Assembly: GCA_903924185.1 (NCBI GenBank) | Contig: CAIYAN010000038.1 | Coordinates: forward strand, 1 to 43,031 | Direction of reading: 5' to 3' | Length of the DNA: 43,031 nucleotides | Source of the DNA: an uncultured Opitutia bacterium | Lineage (GTDB): Bacteria; Verrucomicrobiota; Verrucomicrobiia; Opitutales; UBA953 | Shown: in pieces, positions 33,265-42,164 of the stretch | Layout: each line of letters begins with the position of its first letter | Numbering within the stretch: position 1 is the first letter of the stretch | The notes under the pieces: model-generated | What the model was told of the DNA's origin: nothing | The model's database searches: none | Seen by the model: the letters and a program-made list of their open reading frames with translations, nothing else | Translations under genes and position numbers: made by a program

Positions 33265-34122
33265 TTATTTACCGCGGCCGTTACGCATGCCCTGTTCCAT
33301 GGCTTCGCTGATCTTGGCGATGGTTTCAGCGGAGAGTGAAGGGTCGATCTTGGCGACGGCGGCACGCATCGCGGCACGCATGGTGGTGGCGGCTTTTTCG
33401 AAGTCAGGTTGCATGTCGGCGCGCTCGCTGCCGGTGAGGAACTGCGTCTTCGCGGTCAGCTCCTGCAGCTTGGTACGCGCGGCTTTCCAGTCGGCGTCTT
33501 GGTAGGCGCGGCCCAGGGCGGCTTTAAACTTGGCGGTATCTTCGGGGCTGATGCCGTCGATCTGTGGGACCTGTACGGCACCGCGGACGGCCGGCGTTGC
33601 CGGCAGGGTCTTCTTGTCGGCCTGCGGGTCGCGTACCGCCGGCTTGGCGTCCGTGCTGCCGGGGAAGGCTTTGCCGTTACCGGTTACCGCCTTCTTGTTG
33701 GCGTCTTGCGCACGGCTGCGTTGCTGCTTCTCAAAGGCATCGCTGACCTTGCTGATGGTCTCCTTGGAGAGGGAAGGGTCCGCCTTAGCTATGGCCGAAC
33801 GGGTGAGTTGGACGAGTTTGTCGACGATGGCTTCGAGTTCACTGCGCATGGACTTCTTTTCGTCATCGCTGGCGAATTCAGCCTGCTTGCGGATTTCTTG
33901 GATCTTTTCGCGCGCGGCCTGGATTTCTGGGTCGGCGGCGATCTTGGCGGCGGCACGGCGGAACTTCAGGAGGTCTTCTCGGGAGACCCCTTCGACTTCC
34001 GGCATGCCGGGCACGCTGGCGGAGGTGGCGGGCTTGGCCGTCGACGGCGTCGTCGGGGCTGGGGCATCCGCGGCGGTCAGCGCGGTGGCGGCGAGGAAAA
34101 AGGCAAGTAAAGGGCGGGGCAT
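33265..34122 (-). CDS. Secreted helical protein, paralog family member 2 (two modules)
   Basis: 285 aa with a signal peptide. Two copies of the module are present: MPEVEGVSREDLLKFR...DPSLSKETISKVSDAFEKQ and VPQIDGISPEDTAKFK...DPSLSAETIAKISEAMEQG. Confidence 0.75.
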   Translation of the reverse strand: MPRPLLAFFLAATALTAADAPAPTTPSTAKPATSASVPGMPEVEGVSREDLLKFRRAAAKIAADPEIQAAREKIQEIRKQAEFASDDEKKSMRSELEAIVDKLVQLTRSAIAKADPSLSKETISKVSDAFEKQQRSRAQDANKKAVTGNGKAFPGSTDAKPAVRDPQADKKTLPATPAVRGAVQVPQIDGISPEDTAKFKAALGRAYQDADWKAARTKLQELTAKTQFLTGSERADMQPDFEKAATTMRAAMRAAVAKIDPSLSAETIAKISEAMEQGMRNGRGK

Positions 34123-34181
34123 GGGCTTAGTCTTTATACACCGAAAGTGGCGGGAAGTTCAATTATTCGGGAGATGGACGC

Positions 34182-34210
34182 AAAAAAAAGACCCCGGCGA
34201 ACCGGGGTCT
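34182..34210 (-). terminator. Intrinsic terminator downstream of the 34235..34738 gene
   Basis: On the reverse strand: AGACCCCGG-TTCG-CCGGGGTC followed by TTTTTTTT. Confidence 0.8.
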
Positions 34211-34234
34211 GATTGGAGCCGGGTAATCCGAAGA

Positions 34235-34738
34235 TTACTTGGCGGCCGGAGCGTCGGCAGGCTTTTCGCCCTTACCTTCGCCCTTGCCCTTACCTTCGCC
34301 ACCCTTGCCGCCCTTGCCGCCTTGGCGGTTCTTCATGGCTTCGTCGGCTTTCTTGATGACTTCAGCGAGGGAAGCGTCAGCCTTAAGGATCGCGGCGTTA
34401 GTGGCTTCGCGGACGGCGAGCATGGCCTTCTGGACGTCGGCACGAGCGGCTTCCTTGTCTTCAGCCTTGGCAGCCTTTTCGCGGGCAGCGGTGGCAGCTT
34501 CGTTAGCCTTCTTCACTTCAGGGGATTCCTGGGCGGCCTTGCGGGCTTCCTGGTATTTCTTCATGTCCTCGGCGGAGACGCCGGGGATCGCGAAGTTACC
34601 ACCCTGGGGGCGGCCTTCGCCTTTCTTGGCTTCGCCCTTCGGGGCATCAGGCTTCTTAGCGTCGCCGGCAGGGGCGTCGGCGGCCACGAGGCCAGCGGCG
34701 GCGATGAGGGCGAGGAGGAGGGGGAATTTGAGTTTCAT
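34235..34738 (-). CDS. Secreted helical protein, paralog family member 3 (one divergent module plus a GKG-repeat tail)
   Basis: 167 aa with a signal peptide. The module is IPGVSAEDMKKYQEARKAA...ADASLAEVIKKADEAMKNRQ, followed by the tail GGKGGKGGEGKGKGEGKGEK. Confidence 0.7.
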   Translation of the reverse strand: MKLKFPLLLALIAAAGLVAADAPAGDAKKPDAPKGEAKKGEGRPQGGNFAIPGVSAEDMKKYQEARKAAQESPEVKKANEAATAAREKAAKAEDKEAARADVQKAMLAVREATNAAILKADASLAEVIKKADEAMKNRQGGKGGKGGEGKGKGEGKGEKPADAPAAK

Positions 34739-34855
34739 AGGTGTATATTGGGTACGCCTATGAAACCCCCGGAGCCGAGGGTTGTTTCAGTTATTTATTA
34801 GTTTTATGACACTGTGCTCCAATGACTTAAGTCTTAACTCGGGTAGGCTGTCTAA

Positions 34856-35617
34856 ATGAGCTCCCCGCTTTTCCTCCATCTGCCACATGCTTCGTCCGTG
34901 ATTCCGGAGGGTTGTCGGAGGGATTTCCTGATTGGGGTGGAGGAACTGGCGAGCGAGCAGCTGCGCTTAGAGGATCGATTCACCGATGAGCTCTTTGGGT
35001 CGGGTTGGCCAGCCGCCCAAGCTTGGACAGCCCCCGTCTCTCGGCTGGTGGTCGACGTCGAGCGGTTTCGGTCCGACGAACAAGAGGCCTGTGCGGCGGT
35101 GGGCATGGGCGCGGTCTACGTGCGCGGGACCCGCGGGCAAGCCTTGCGCCGACCCGATCCGGAGCGCCGTGAGGTGTTGTTGAAAACCTATTACGACCCA
35201 CACCATCGGGCCTGCGAAGCTGCGACCGCCCAAGCCTTGGCCACGTGGGGTCGCTGCGTGGTCCTAGACGCGCATAGTTACCCAACGGGTCCTTTGCCGA
35301 CGCAGCGATCCGATGCGCCGCAGCCCGAGATTGGGCTGGGGACGGATGCCTTCCACACCCCGGCCGTCCTGCGCGAACTGGCCCGAAATTACTTTGCCGA
35401 CCATGGGCTCGAGGTGGGCGTGGACGAGCCGTTCAATGGCACCTTCGTGCCGACGTGTTTCTGGCGGCAGGAACCACGCGTGCATTCCTTGATGGTCGAG
35501 GTGCGACGCGACCTCTATATGAATCAAGCGACGGGCGCGAAAATCGCGGGCTTCACTCGGATCCAGGATTTACTCAGTGGCTTCCGCACCGTCTTGGCCG
35601 CCTATGCCGTGGCTTGA
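34856..35617 (+). CDS. N-formylglutamate amidohydrolase family (FGase-like) protein
   Basis: 253 aa. Motifs LFLHLPHASSVIPEG, VVLDAHSY and VGVDEPFNG are typical of PF05013-type proteins. Confidence 0.75.
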   Translation: MSSPLFLHLPHASSVIPEGCRRDFLIGVEELASEQLRLEDRFTDELFGSGWPAAQAWTAPVSRLVVDVERFRSDEQEACAAVGMGAVYVRGTRGQALRRPDPERREVLLKTYYDPHHRACEAATAQALATWGRCVVLDAHSYPTGPLPTQRSDAPQPEIGLGTDAFHTPAVLRELARNYFADHGLEVGVDEPFNGTFVPTCFWRQEPRVHSLMVEVRRDLYMNQATGAKIAGFTRIQDLLSGFRTVLAAYAVA

Positions 35618-36124
35618 TTACTTCGCGGCCGGTAGGCCAGCCGGGGTTTCCGCATACTTCTGGCGCAGCGTACGCATGCCTTCTTCGTAGAGGGCTTCCG
35701 CTAAGGGTAACCGGGCTTCCTGTGACTCTGGGGCTAAAGTGGGGAAATCCTTGTTGATTTGCTGAATCATCTCGAGGACTTTCTTGTTGGCGGGCACTTC
35801 GACCCAAGAGCGCAGGGCAGCGGCGAAGCGTTCGTGGTCGACCTCGTTCATCTCCTGGACCTCGCGGACGACGCTGGCCCAGGCGAACTTCTGGCGTTCC
35901 GCTGGCGGGAAGGAATCGGGAAAGACGTTACGCGCTGGGTCGAGCTTGAGTCCTGCGGCGGAGCGCGGTGCGGCCGCGAGGACGGGGCGGGGCTTAGCCC
36001 CAGGAGCGGTGGGCTTTGCGACGATCGGGACTGACTTCGCGATGGGCGTCGGCGTCCAGAACCACGCAATCACGGCAACCGTGAGGACGGCGGTGATGCC
36101 GACGATGAGTCCAGACCGATTCAT
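35618..36124 (-). CDS. Hypothetical membrane-anchored protein
   Basis: 168 aa with N-terminal helix LIVGITAVLTVAVIAWFW, a Pro/Ala linker, the motif AGLKLDPARNV, then a helical domain. Its stop abuts the stop of the convergent gene. Confidence 0.6.
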   Translation of the reverse strand: MNRSGLIVGITAVLTVAVIAWFWTPTPIAKSVPIVAKPTAPGAKPRPVLAAAPRSAAGLKLDPARNVFPDSFPPAERQKFAWASVVREVQEMNEVDHERFAAALRSWVEVPANKKVLEMIQQINKDFPTLAPESQEARLPLAEALYEEGMRTLRQKYAETPAGLPAAK

Positions 36125-36154
36125 GAGGGCCAGCGCTCAACGCGCCAGCGGCCG

Positions 36155-36799
36155 TTACATGATGATGACGGGAGCCGGAGCCGGGGCGGCGGGCTGTTCG
36201 CCGGCTGGCTTGGTGCCGGCGGGGACGATGGTCGCGCCGTCGACGGTCACGGTCGGCTGGACGGGGGCGGCGGGCGGAGCGTCCATCTTGGCGAGTTCCT
36301 GCTTGGCGATGCCCAGACCCTTGTTCCGCAGCGCGGACAATTGATCCATCAGCGCTGGCTTTTCGCCGTCACTCGCGGTGCGCCACTTCTCCGAGATTTC
36401 CCGGGAGCTCTGGAAGATTTGCTGGAATTCCGGATTGGCGAAGGAGCTCCGGAAGAGGCGGCCCATCTTTTCGCGGTCACCGCCGACGAGGTCTTCAAAC
36501 TGCTTGCGGCCGTCTTCGCGGAAGCTGCGGAAGCGCTGTTCGAGCTGTTCACGGGCGCCGCTATCGACGGCTTGGTCGGCGGCCACGAGCTCGGGCTGGA
36601 CGTTGGTCGACTTATCGAGTTGGAGCCCTTTGACGCTGCGACCAGGCGCAGTGGGACGGGTCGTGGTGGTGGTGACTTCGTCGGAGGACTTGGTCGTGTT
36701 GGCCGCAAGCTCAGGGGCTTGGTTCGAGTAGTTGGCGATGACCACGCCACCGGCGACGCCGATGAAGAGGGTTAGGAAGAGGAAGGCTTTCTTATTCAT
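36155..36799 (-). CDS. Hypothetical membrane-anchored protein, distant paralog of 35618..36124
   Basis: 214 aa with an N-terminal helix, the motif [11 protein letters not shown], a helical Arg/Glu/Phe-rich domain and a Pro/Ala-rich tail. Confidence 0.6.
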   Translation of the reverse strand: MNKKAFLFLTLFIGVAGGVVIANYSNQAPELAANTTKSSDEVTTTTTRPTAPGRSVKGLQLDKSTNVQPELVAADQAVDSGAREQLEQRFRSFREDGRKQFEDLVGGDREKMGRLFRSSFANPEFQQIFQSSREISEKWRTASDGEKPALMDQLSALRNKGLGIAKQELAKMDAPPAAPVQPTVTVDGATIVPAGTKPAGEQPAAPAPAPVIIM

Positions 36800-36921
36800 G
36801 GGAGGAAGGTTACCTTAATAAACTCCGCAGGGAAGGGGGAAGTTCCAGCGTTTTCTGCGTTTGGGCCTCGGTGGACGGGCTTCCCCCTCGACTTTTAAGT
36901 GGTTTTGAGAGGCAATGCGGC

Positions 36922-37872
36922 ATGTCTAGTTCCACCGCTCCCACCGCGCTCCGCGTCATCGACTCCCATACGGGGGGCGAGCCGACCCGGGTGGTGGTTT
37001 CGGGCGGACCGGACCTGGGTGCCGGGCCGCTGTCCGAGCGTCTGCAGGTGTTTCGTCGCGACCATGACCGGTTCCGTTCGGCGGTGGTGAGTGAGCCGCG
37101 GGGTTCGGATGTCGTCGTGGGCGCCTTGTTGGTCCCACCGCACGATCCATCGTGTCGCTTCGGGGTAATTTTCTTTAATAATGTCGGGACGCTCTGGATG
37201 TGCGGGCACGGGACCATCGGGTTGGTGGTGACGCTCGCGCATCAGGGTCTCATCCAGCCGGGTGAGGTCCGCATCGATACCGCGGTTGGTCCGGTCACCG
37301 CGACGCTGCACGCCGATGGTTCCGTGACCATCGCGAACGTCCCGTCTTACCGTCACGCCAAGGCCGTCGCGGTCGACGTGCCAGGCCTCGGAATCGTCCG
37401 CGGCGATATCGCTTGGGGCGGTAACTGGTTCTTCCTTATCGAGTCGCATGGGTTGGAGGTTTCCTTGGCGAACATCGAAGCGCTGACTGATTACGCGTGG
37501 AAGGTTCGCCAAGCTTTGACTCAGACCGGTGTGACGGGCGCCGATGGTGGGGAGATCGACCATATCGAGCTCTTTGCGGCCACACCCACGGCCGATAGCC
37601 GGAACTTCGTGCTTTGTCCTGGTAAGGCGTACGACCGCTCGCCCTGTGGCACGGGCACGAGTGCTAAACTCGCCTGTCTCGCGGCCGACGGTAAACTCGC
37701 GCCTGGCGCCCTCTGGCGGCAGGAGAGCGTTATCGGCAGCGCCTTTGTCGGTTCGTATGAAATTCTCACCGACGGTAAGATTTGTCCGTCCATCACCGGC
37801 ACTGCGTACGTGCAGTCCGAGGCAGTCTTCCATTTCCATCCGCAAGACCCTTTTGCTTGGGGTATCCGCTAA
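36922..37872 (+). CDS. 4-hydroxyproline 2-epimerase (proline racemase family, Cys/Cys type)
   Basis: Motifs [22 protein letters not shown] and SPCGTGTSA; both catalytic Cys are present. The start is placed at ATG 36922. Confidence 0.85.
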   Translation: MSSSTAPTALRVIDSHTGGEPTRVVVSGGPDLGAGPLSERLQVFRRDHDRFRSAVVSEPRGSDVVVGALLVPPHDPSCRFGVIFFNNVGTLWMCGHGTIGLVVTLAHQGLIQPGEVRIDTAVGPVTATLHADGSVTIANVPSYRHAKAVAVDVPGLGIVRGDIAWGGNWFFLIESHGLEVSLANIEALTDYAWKVRQALTQTGVTGADGGEIDHIELFAATPTADSRNFVLCPGKAYDRSPCGTGTSAKLACLAADGKLAPGALWRQESVIGSAFVGSYEILTDGKICPSITGTAYVQSEAVFHFHPQDPFAWGIR

Positions 37873-37877
37873 ACAAC

Positions 37878-39131
37878 GTGTCCGCGCCGGTCGTCATCGT
37901 CGGAGGAGGTATCGTCGGCTTGAGCGCCGCCTATGAGTTGCTGCGTCGCGGTCGTTCGGTGGTGCTGCTTGAGAAGGGTGCGCCTGACCACGATTCGTGT
38001 TCGCTCGGCAACGCCGGGATGATTGTCCCGAGCCACTTCGTGCCGCTGGCCGCACCGGGCATGGTGATGCTCGGCCTGAAGTGGATGTTTGACCGTGAAA
38101 GCCCCTTCTCAGTGCGCCCGCGGCTCGACCTCGACCTCGCCCGCTGGGGCTGGAAGTTCTGGCGTTCTTCCACCCAGCGTCACGTCGATCGCTGCACGCC
38201 GGTCCTGCGCGACCTCAACTTGCGCAGCCGCGAAATCTTCCTGCGTCACCGCCAAGAACTCCCGGGCTCGTTCGCCCTCGAGACTGTTGGACTACTTGCG
38301 TTGTGCCGCACGCAGGAGACCCTCGACCATGAGGCCGTCTTCGCCGCGAAGTCCAACGCCGTCGGCGTCCCGACCGAAGTCTTGTCCGCCGCTGAGGTCC
38401 GCCGTCGCGACCCGGGCATCGACTACGCCATCGCGGGCGCAGTGATGTTCACCAAGGACGCGCACCTCGACCCGCGTGAGTTGGTCAAATTACTTACGTC
38501 CGAAATCCAACGCCTCGGCGGCCGCATCGTCTGGAACGCCGAAGTCACCGATTGGCGCAAGGAAGGCACCCGCCTTAAGGCTGCCGTCACAACCGCGGGC
38601 GAATTCGTCGGTGAGACCTTCGTGCTCGCCGCGGGTGCTTGGTCGCCGGCCGCCGCGGAAGCCTTGGGCCTCCGGATCCCGATGCAGGCTGGAAAGGGCT
38701 ATAGCATGCGCCTACCCCATCCGGTGCAGCGTCCCAAGTATTGCTCGCTCCTGATGGAAGCCCGCGTGGCCGTCACCCCGATGGGCGATGCGCTGACCGT
38801 TGGTGGCACCATGGAGATCACCGGCAACGACCTGTCCGTGAACCCCGCCCGCGTGCGCGGTATCCGCAAAGCCTTCGTTAAATATTACCCTGCATTCAAG
38901 GAGTCCGATTTCACTGAATTGCCCGTCTGGTCGGGCCTGCGGCCCTGTCCGCCGGACGGTATGCCGTACCTCGGCCGCACGCGGGCGGCGGAAAACCTCG
39001 TCGTCGCCACCGGTCACTCCATGATGGGCCTCAGCCTCGGCCCGGTCACCGGCGAAATCGTCGCCCAGCTCGTCTGCGGCGAAGCTACCTCGGTCGCACT
39101 GTCTGAGGTTGACCCCGATCGCCACGCCTAA
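37878..39131 (+). CDS. FAD-dependent D-amino-acid (cis-4-hydroxy-D-proline) dehydrogenase-like oxidoreductase
   Basis: VVIVGGGIVGLSAAYELLRRGRSVVLLEKG is a DAO-family Rossmann motif. GTG 37878 is the only start that does not overlap the epimerase gene. Confidence 0.8.
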   Translation: MSAPVVIVGGGIVGLSAAYELLRRGRSVVLLEKGAPDHDSCSLGNAGMIVPSHFVPLAAPGMVMLGLKWMFDRESPFSVRPRLDLDLARWGWKFWRSSTQRHVDRCTPVLRDLNLRSREIFLRHRQELPGSFALETVGLLALCRTQETLDHEAVFAAKSNAVGVPTEVLSAAEVRRRDPGIDYAIAGAVMFTKDAHLDPRELVKLLTSEIQRLGGRIVWNAEVTDWRKEGTRLKAAVTTAGEFVGETFVLAAGAWSPAAAEALGLRIPMQAGKGYSMRLPHPVQRPKYCSLLMEARVAVTPMGDALTVGGTMEITGNDLSVNPARVRGIRKAFVKYYPAFKESDFTELPVWSGLRPCPPDGMPYLGRTRAAENLVVATGHSMMGLSLGPVTGEIVAQLVCGEATSVALSEVDPDRHA

Positions 39132-39156
39132 ACTTTCACCTCCTATTATCCATACC

Positions 39157-40086
39157 ATGAAGAAGAAATCCTCCGCTAAACTTAAAGTCCGCGCCCAGTG
39201 GGAAGGCGTGATCCCAGCGATCACGACCCCTTTCCGTAAGGACGGCGAACTCGACCATAAGGAGATCACGCGTCACTGCCGCTGGATGGCAGAGTCCGGT
39301 AGCATCGGCATCGTGCCCTGCGGTTCCCTCGGCGAAGGCGCCACGCTGACCTTTGACGAGAAGGTCCGCCTCATCGCGACCTGCGTCTCCGCGGTCCCTG
39401 GCCTGCCCATCATCCCCGGCATCGCTTCACTTTCGACCGACGAAGCCGTCGCCCTGGCCATCGCCTCCAAGCAACTCGGTTGCGGCGGCCTGATGGTCCT
39501 CCCGCCCTACGTCTACAGCACCGATTGGCGCGAGATGAAGGCCCACGTCTCCGCGGTGATCGGCGCGACCGACCTGCCGTGCATGCTCTACAACAACCCG
39601 CCGGCTTATAAGACGGACTTCCTCCCCGAGCAGGTTGCTGAGCTCGCTGCTGCGCACAAGAACCTCGAGGCCATCAAGGAATCCTCAGGCGACGCCCGTC
39701 GCATCACCGCACTGAAGAACCTCCTCGGTAATCGCCTGACCGTCCTCGTCGGCATGGACGACTGCATCGTCGAAGGCGTCGCCGCGGGTGCCCGCGGTTG
39801 GATCGCTGGTCTCGTCAACGCCTTCCCCGAGGAATCTGTCGAGCTCTACGAAGCCGCCATGTTCGGCGACCAAGAGCGCGCCGATGAACTCTACGCCTGG
39901 TTCCTGCCGCTGCTGCGCCTGGATACCGTTCCTAAGTTCGTCCAGCACATCAAGTGGATCCAAGCGGAAGTCCGCGGTGGTAATCCCGCCGTCCGCGGCC
40001 CGCGTCTGGCCTTGGCTGGCGCTGACCTCGCCTTGGCTGCTTCGACCCTGAAGAAGGCCCTTAAGAACCGCCCGAAGATCCGCTAA
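39157..40086 (+). CDS. DapA/DHDPS-family lyase, likely 1-pyrroline-4-hydroxy-2-carboxylate deaminase
   Basis: Motifs PAITTPF, GSLGEG, MVLPPYVY and the Schiff-base Lys region AIKESSGD. The gene context is hydroxyproline catabolism. Confidence 0.8.
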   Translation: MKKKSSAKLKVRAQWEGVIPAITTPFRKDGELDHKEITRHCRWMAESGSIGIVPCGSLGEGATLTFDEKVRLIATCVSAVPGLPIIPGIASLSTDEAVALAIASKQLGCGGLMVLPPYVYSTDWREMKAHVSAVIGATDLPCMLYNNPPAYKTDFLPEQVAELAAAHKNLEAIKESSGDARRITALKNLLGNRLTVLVGMDDCIVEGVAAGARGWIAGLVNAFPEESVELYEAAMFGDQERADELYAWFLPLLRLDTVPKFVQHIKWIQAEVRGGNPAVRGPRLALAGADLALAASTLKKALKNRPKIR

Positions 40087-40087
40087 G

Positions 40088-41680
40088 ATGTCCGCCCTTA
40101 CTGGCCTCTCCTACCTGGGTTTCTCGCGTGGTCGCGTTGGCGGCCGCACGTGGAAAGCCTTCGACAGCGCGCTGTGGAACGACATCCCCGAGGTCTTCCA
40201 TTCGGCCACGGCGGCTGACGTCGCCACGGCGATGAAGCTCGCCGCGCAGGCGACGCCCGTACTCGCTGCGTTGTCCGGCAAAGCCAAAGCCGCGTTCTTA
40301 CGCGACCTTGCGACCCGCATCGAAGCGGCGACGCCGGCTCTCGCCGCACGTGCGCAGCAAGAGACCTCGTTGCCCGAGGCGCGTTGCCTCGGTGAGATCG
40401 GCCGCACGATGGGTCAGCTCCGTCTCTTTGCGGACCTCGTGGAGAAGGGCGATTGGCTCGACGCGCGTCTCGAGCTTGCGAACCCCGACCGCAAGCCCTT
40501 GCCCAAGCCTGACCATCGCTCGATGTGCCGTCCCCTCGGCCCAGTCGCGGTGTTCTGTGCCAGCAATTTCCCCTTCGCCTATTCCGTTGCCGGTGGCGAC
40601 ACCGCCTCCGCGCTCGCCGCGGGTAATCCTGTCGTCGTGATGGCGCACCACGCTCATCCGGGTACCGCCGAAATTATGGGTGGCCTCATCGTCGACGCCG
40701 TGCGTGCTGCGGGTCTTCCGGAAGGCACCTTCTCGATGCTTATGGGCGACGGTAAAGACGTCGGCCAGCTCTTGGCCCAGCATCCCGCCTTACGCGCCAT
40801 CGGTTTCACCGGTTCCCGCACGGGCGGTCGCGCCCTCATGGATATCGCCGCCGAGCGTGAAGTCCCTATCCCGGTCTACGCGGAGATGAGTAGCCTCAAT
40901 CCGGTGGTTCTACTCGAAGGCGCCCTTGCGGCGCGTGGCGAAGCCATCGCCACGGGCTTGGCGGCTTCCTGCACCTTGGGCGTCGGCCAGTTCTGCACGC
41001 AGCCGGGCTTGCTCTTGATGGTGAAGACCCCGGCCGCGGAAGCCTTCGTCGGTCAACTCGCGGCGCATTTCCGCAACGCCCCGGAAGGCGTCATGCTCAC
41101 GCCGGCGATTCAGAAGGCGTATGTCACTGTGCTCGCTGCGCGCGAGACTCGTGGTGGTATTCAATCCTTCTCGCATGGTAAGGGCAGTGGTAAGCCAGGC
41201 CGTGCGTTGCCGACCCTGCTCGCTGTTGGTGCCAAGACCTTCCTCTCGGATCGCAAGCTGCAGGCCGAGCTCTTTGGTCCGAGCTCGCTCATCGTCTGGT
41301 GCGACGACCTCGCTCAGCTCAGCAAAGTCCTCGAGTCGCTCGAGGGCAACCTCACCGCCACCTTGCACGGTACCGATGAGGAAGTCGTCGCCCAAGTCGC
41401 TCTCCGCGCGCAGCTCGAAGCCCTCGCGGGTCGCGTGGTCGTCAACGGTTTCCCGACCGGCGTGGAAGTCTCGCATGCCATCGTGCACGGCGGCCCGTAC
41501 CCCTCGCTCTCGGATGGACGTAGTACCTCGGTGGGCTCGAACGCGATCTATCGCTTCACCCGCCTCGTCTGCTACCAGAACCATCCAGACGCCGCTTTGC
41601 CGGTCGAACTCCAGAACGCCAACCCCTTGGGCCTATCCCGTTTGGTCAATGGAGTGCGGAGTAGTGATGCGGTGAAGTGA
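40088..41680 (+). CDS. Aldehyde dehydrogenase, 2-oxoglutarate (alpha-ketoglutarate) semialdehyde dehydrogenase-like
   Basis: 530 aa with EMSSLNP and the catalytic Cys region GVGQFCTQPG. It starts 1 nt after the upstream stop. Confidence 0.85.
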   Translation: MSALTGLSYLGFSRGRVGGRTWKAFDSALWNDIPEVFHSATAADVATAMKLAAQATPVLAALSGKAKAAFLRDLATRIEAATPALAARAQQETSLPEARCLGEIGRTMGQLRLFADLVEKGDWLDARLELANPDRKPLPKPDHRSMCRPLGPVAVFCASNFPFAYSVAGGDTASALAAGNPVVVMAHHAHPGTAEIMGGLIVDAVRAAGLPEGTFSMLMGDGKDVGQLLAQHPALRAIGFTGSRTGGRALMDIAAEREVPIPVYAEMSSLNPVVLLEGALAARGEAIATGLAASCTLGVGQFCTQPGLLLMVKTPAAEAFVGQLAAHFRNAPEGVMLTPAIQKAYVTVLAARETRGGIQSFSHGKGSGKPGRALPTLLAVGAKTFLSDRKLQAELFGPSSLIVWCDDLAQLSKVLESLEGNLTATLHGTDEEVVAQVALRAQLEALAGRVVVNGFPTGVEVSHAIVHGGPYPSLSDGRSTSVGSNAIYRFTRLVCYQNHPDAALPVELQNANPLGLSRLVNGVRSSDAVK

Positions 41681-41718
41681 GGTCGTCGCAAGGGAGGGCA
41701 AGGGTGCAGGAAGAGGCA

Positions 41719-41750
41719 GTGCAAAGGTGCAACGGTGCAAACGTGCACAG
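41719..41750 (+). repeat. Four tandem 8-bp GTGCAMNN repeats
   Basis: GTGCAAAG GTGCAACG GTGCAAAC GTGCACAG, with an extra GTGCA at 41704. Confidence 0.9.
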
Positions 41751-41846
41751 GTAAAGCCATGAAGAGGCCATCGCGTGGACAAGGGGTTGTGTTGCGGCCG
41801 CTGTTAACTTCCCGGTCTCCGGTCCCCCTTGGGTTCGATTGTTATC

Positions 41847-42079
41847 TGGGTAGGGTCAGCACTGCGTGCTGACCTAGTTGTCTCAGGTAGGGGCGCGACT
41901 GCGTCGCGTCCGTTTGACCGTGCATGGAGAAGGCCCACCACGCAGGGCTATCCTGCATTGGGTAGGGGCGTGGTTTACCGCGCCCTCCTGTGCCGGAGGA
42001 CGTGACGCAGTCGCGCCCCTACCTGAGTTCGCCCTGCGGCGAACGGACGCGACCGTATCTTCGTTCTGGGTAGTATATC
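41847..42079. repeat. Cluster of REP/MITE-like palindromic units with a GGTAGGG head plus GC hairpin
   Basis: GGGTAGGGTCAGCAC-TGC-GTGCTGACC is a perfect 9-bp stem. A 30-bp inverted repeat lies at 41882-41911 and 41998-42027 with one mismatch. Further GGGTAGGGGCG units occur at 41959 and 42068, and hairpin GTTCGCC-CTGC-GGCGAAC at 42027-42044. Confidence 0.85.
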
Positions 42080-42164
42080 TTTAAGGCAATCCTTGCAACG
42101 CATGGTCGTCTCGTGAGACTTACAGCCAGAGTCCAAGCGTGCGCATGACGTGCGTGCGGACTCC

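Noticed and set aside
33530-34801. A 423-aa + strand ORF spanning the paralog array. Similar long antisense ORFs occur at 15996..17129, 12033..12947, 24090..25124, 30812..32023 and 36895..37845.
   Set aside because: These are typical stop-poor antisense frames in high-G+C DNA. Their products are low-complexity Arg/Gly/Ala/Ser-rich, and each lies opposite a gene with clear family motifs.
41704-41750. The possibility that the short phased repeats form a CRISPR array.
   Set aside because: The repeats are only 8 bp, directly adjacent with no spacers, and far shorter than CRISPR repeats. No cas genes are present in the window.
41815-41845. GGTTCGATT, a tRNA T-loop-like string that might mark a tRNA gene or an integration att site.
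   Set aside because: No complementary T-stem, acceptor stem or anticodon arm can be drawn around it. It is probably a chance match.
41878-42084. A 68-aa ORF (MSQVGARLRRVRLT...).
   Set aside because: It lies wholly within the palindromic repeat cluster, and its sequence is dictated by the inverted repeats.
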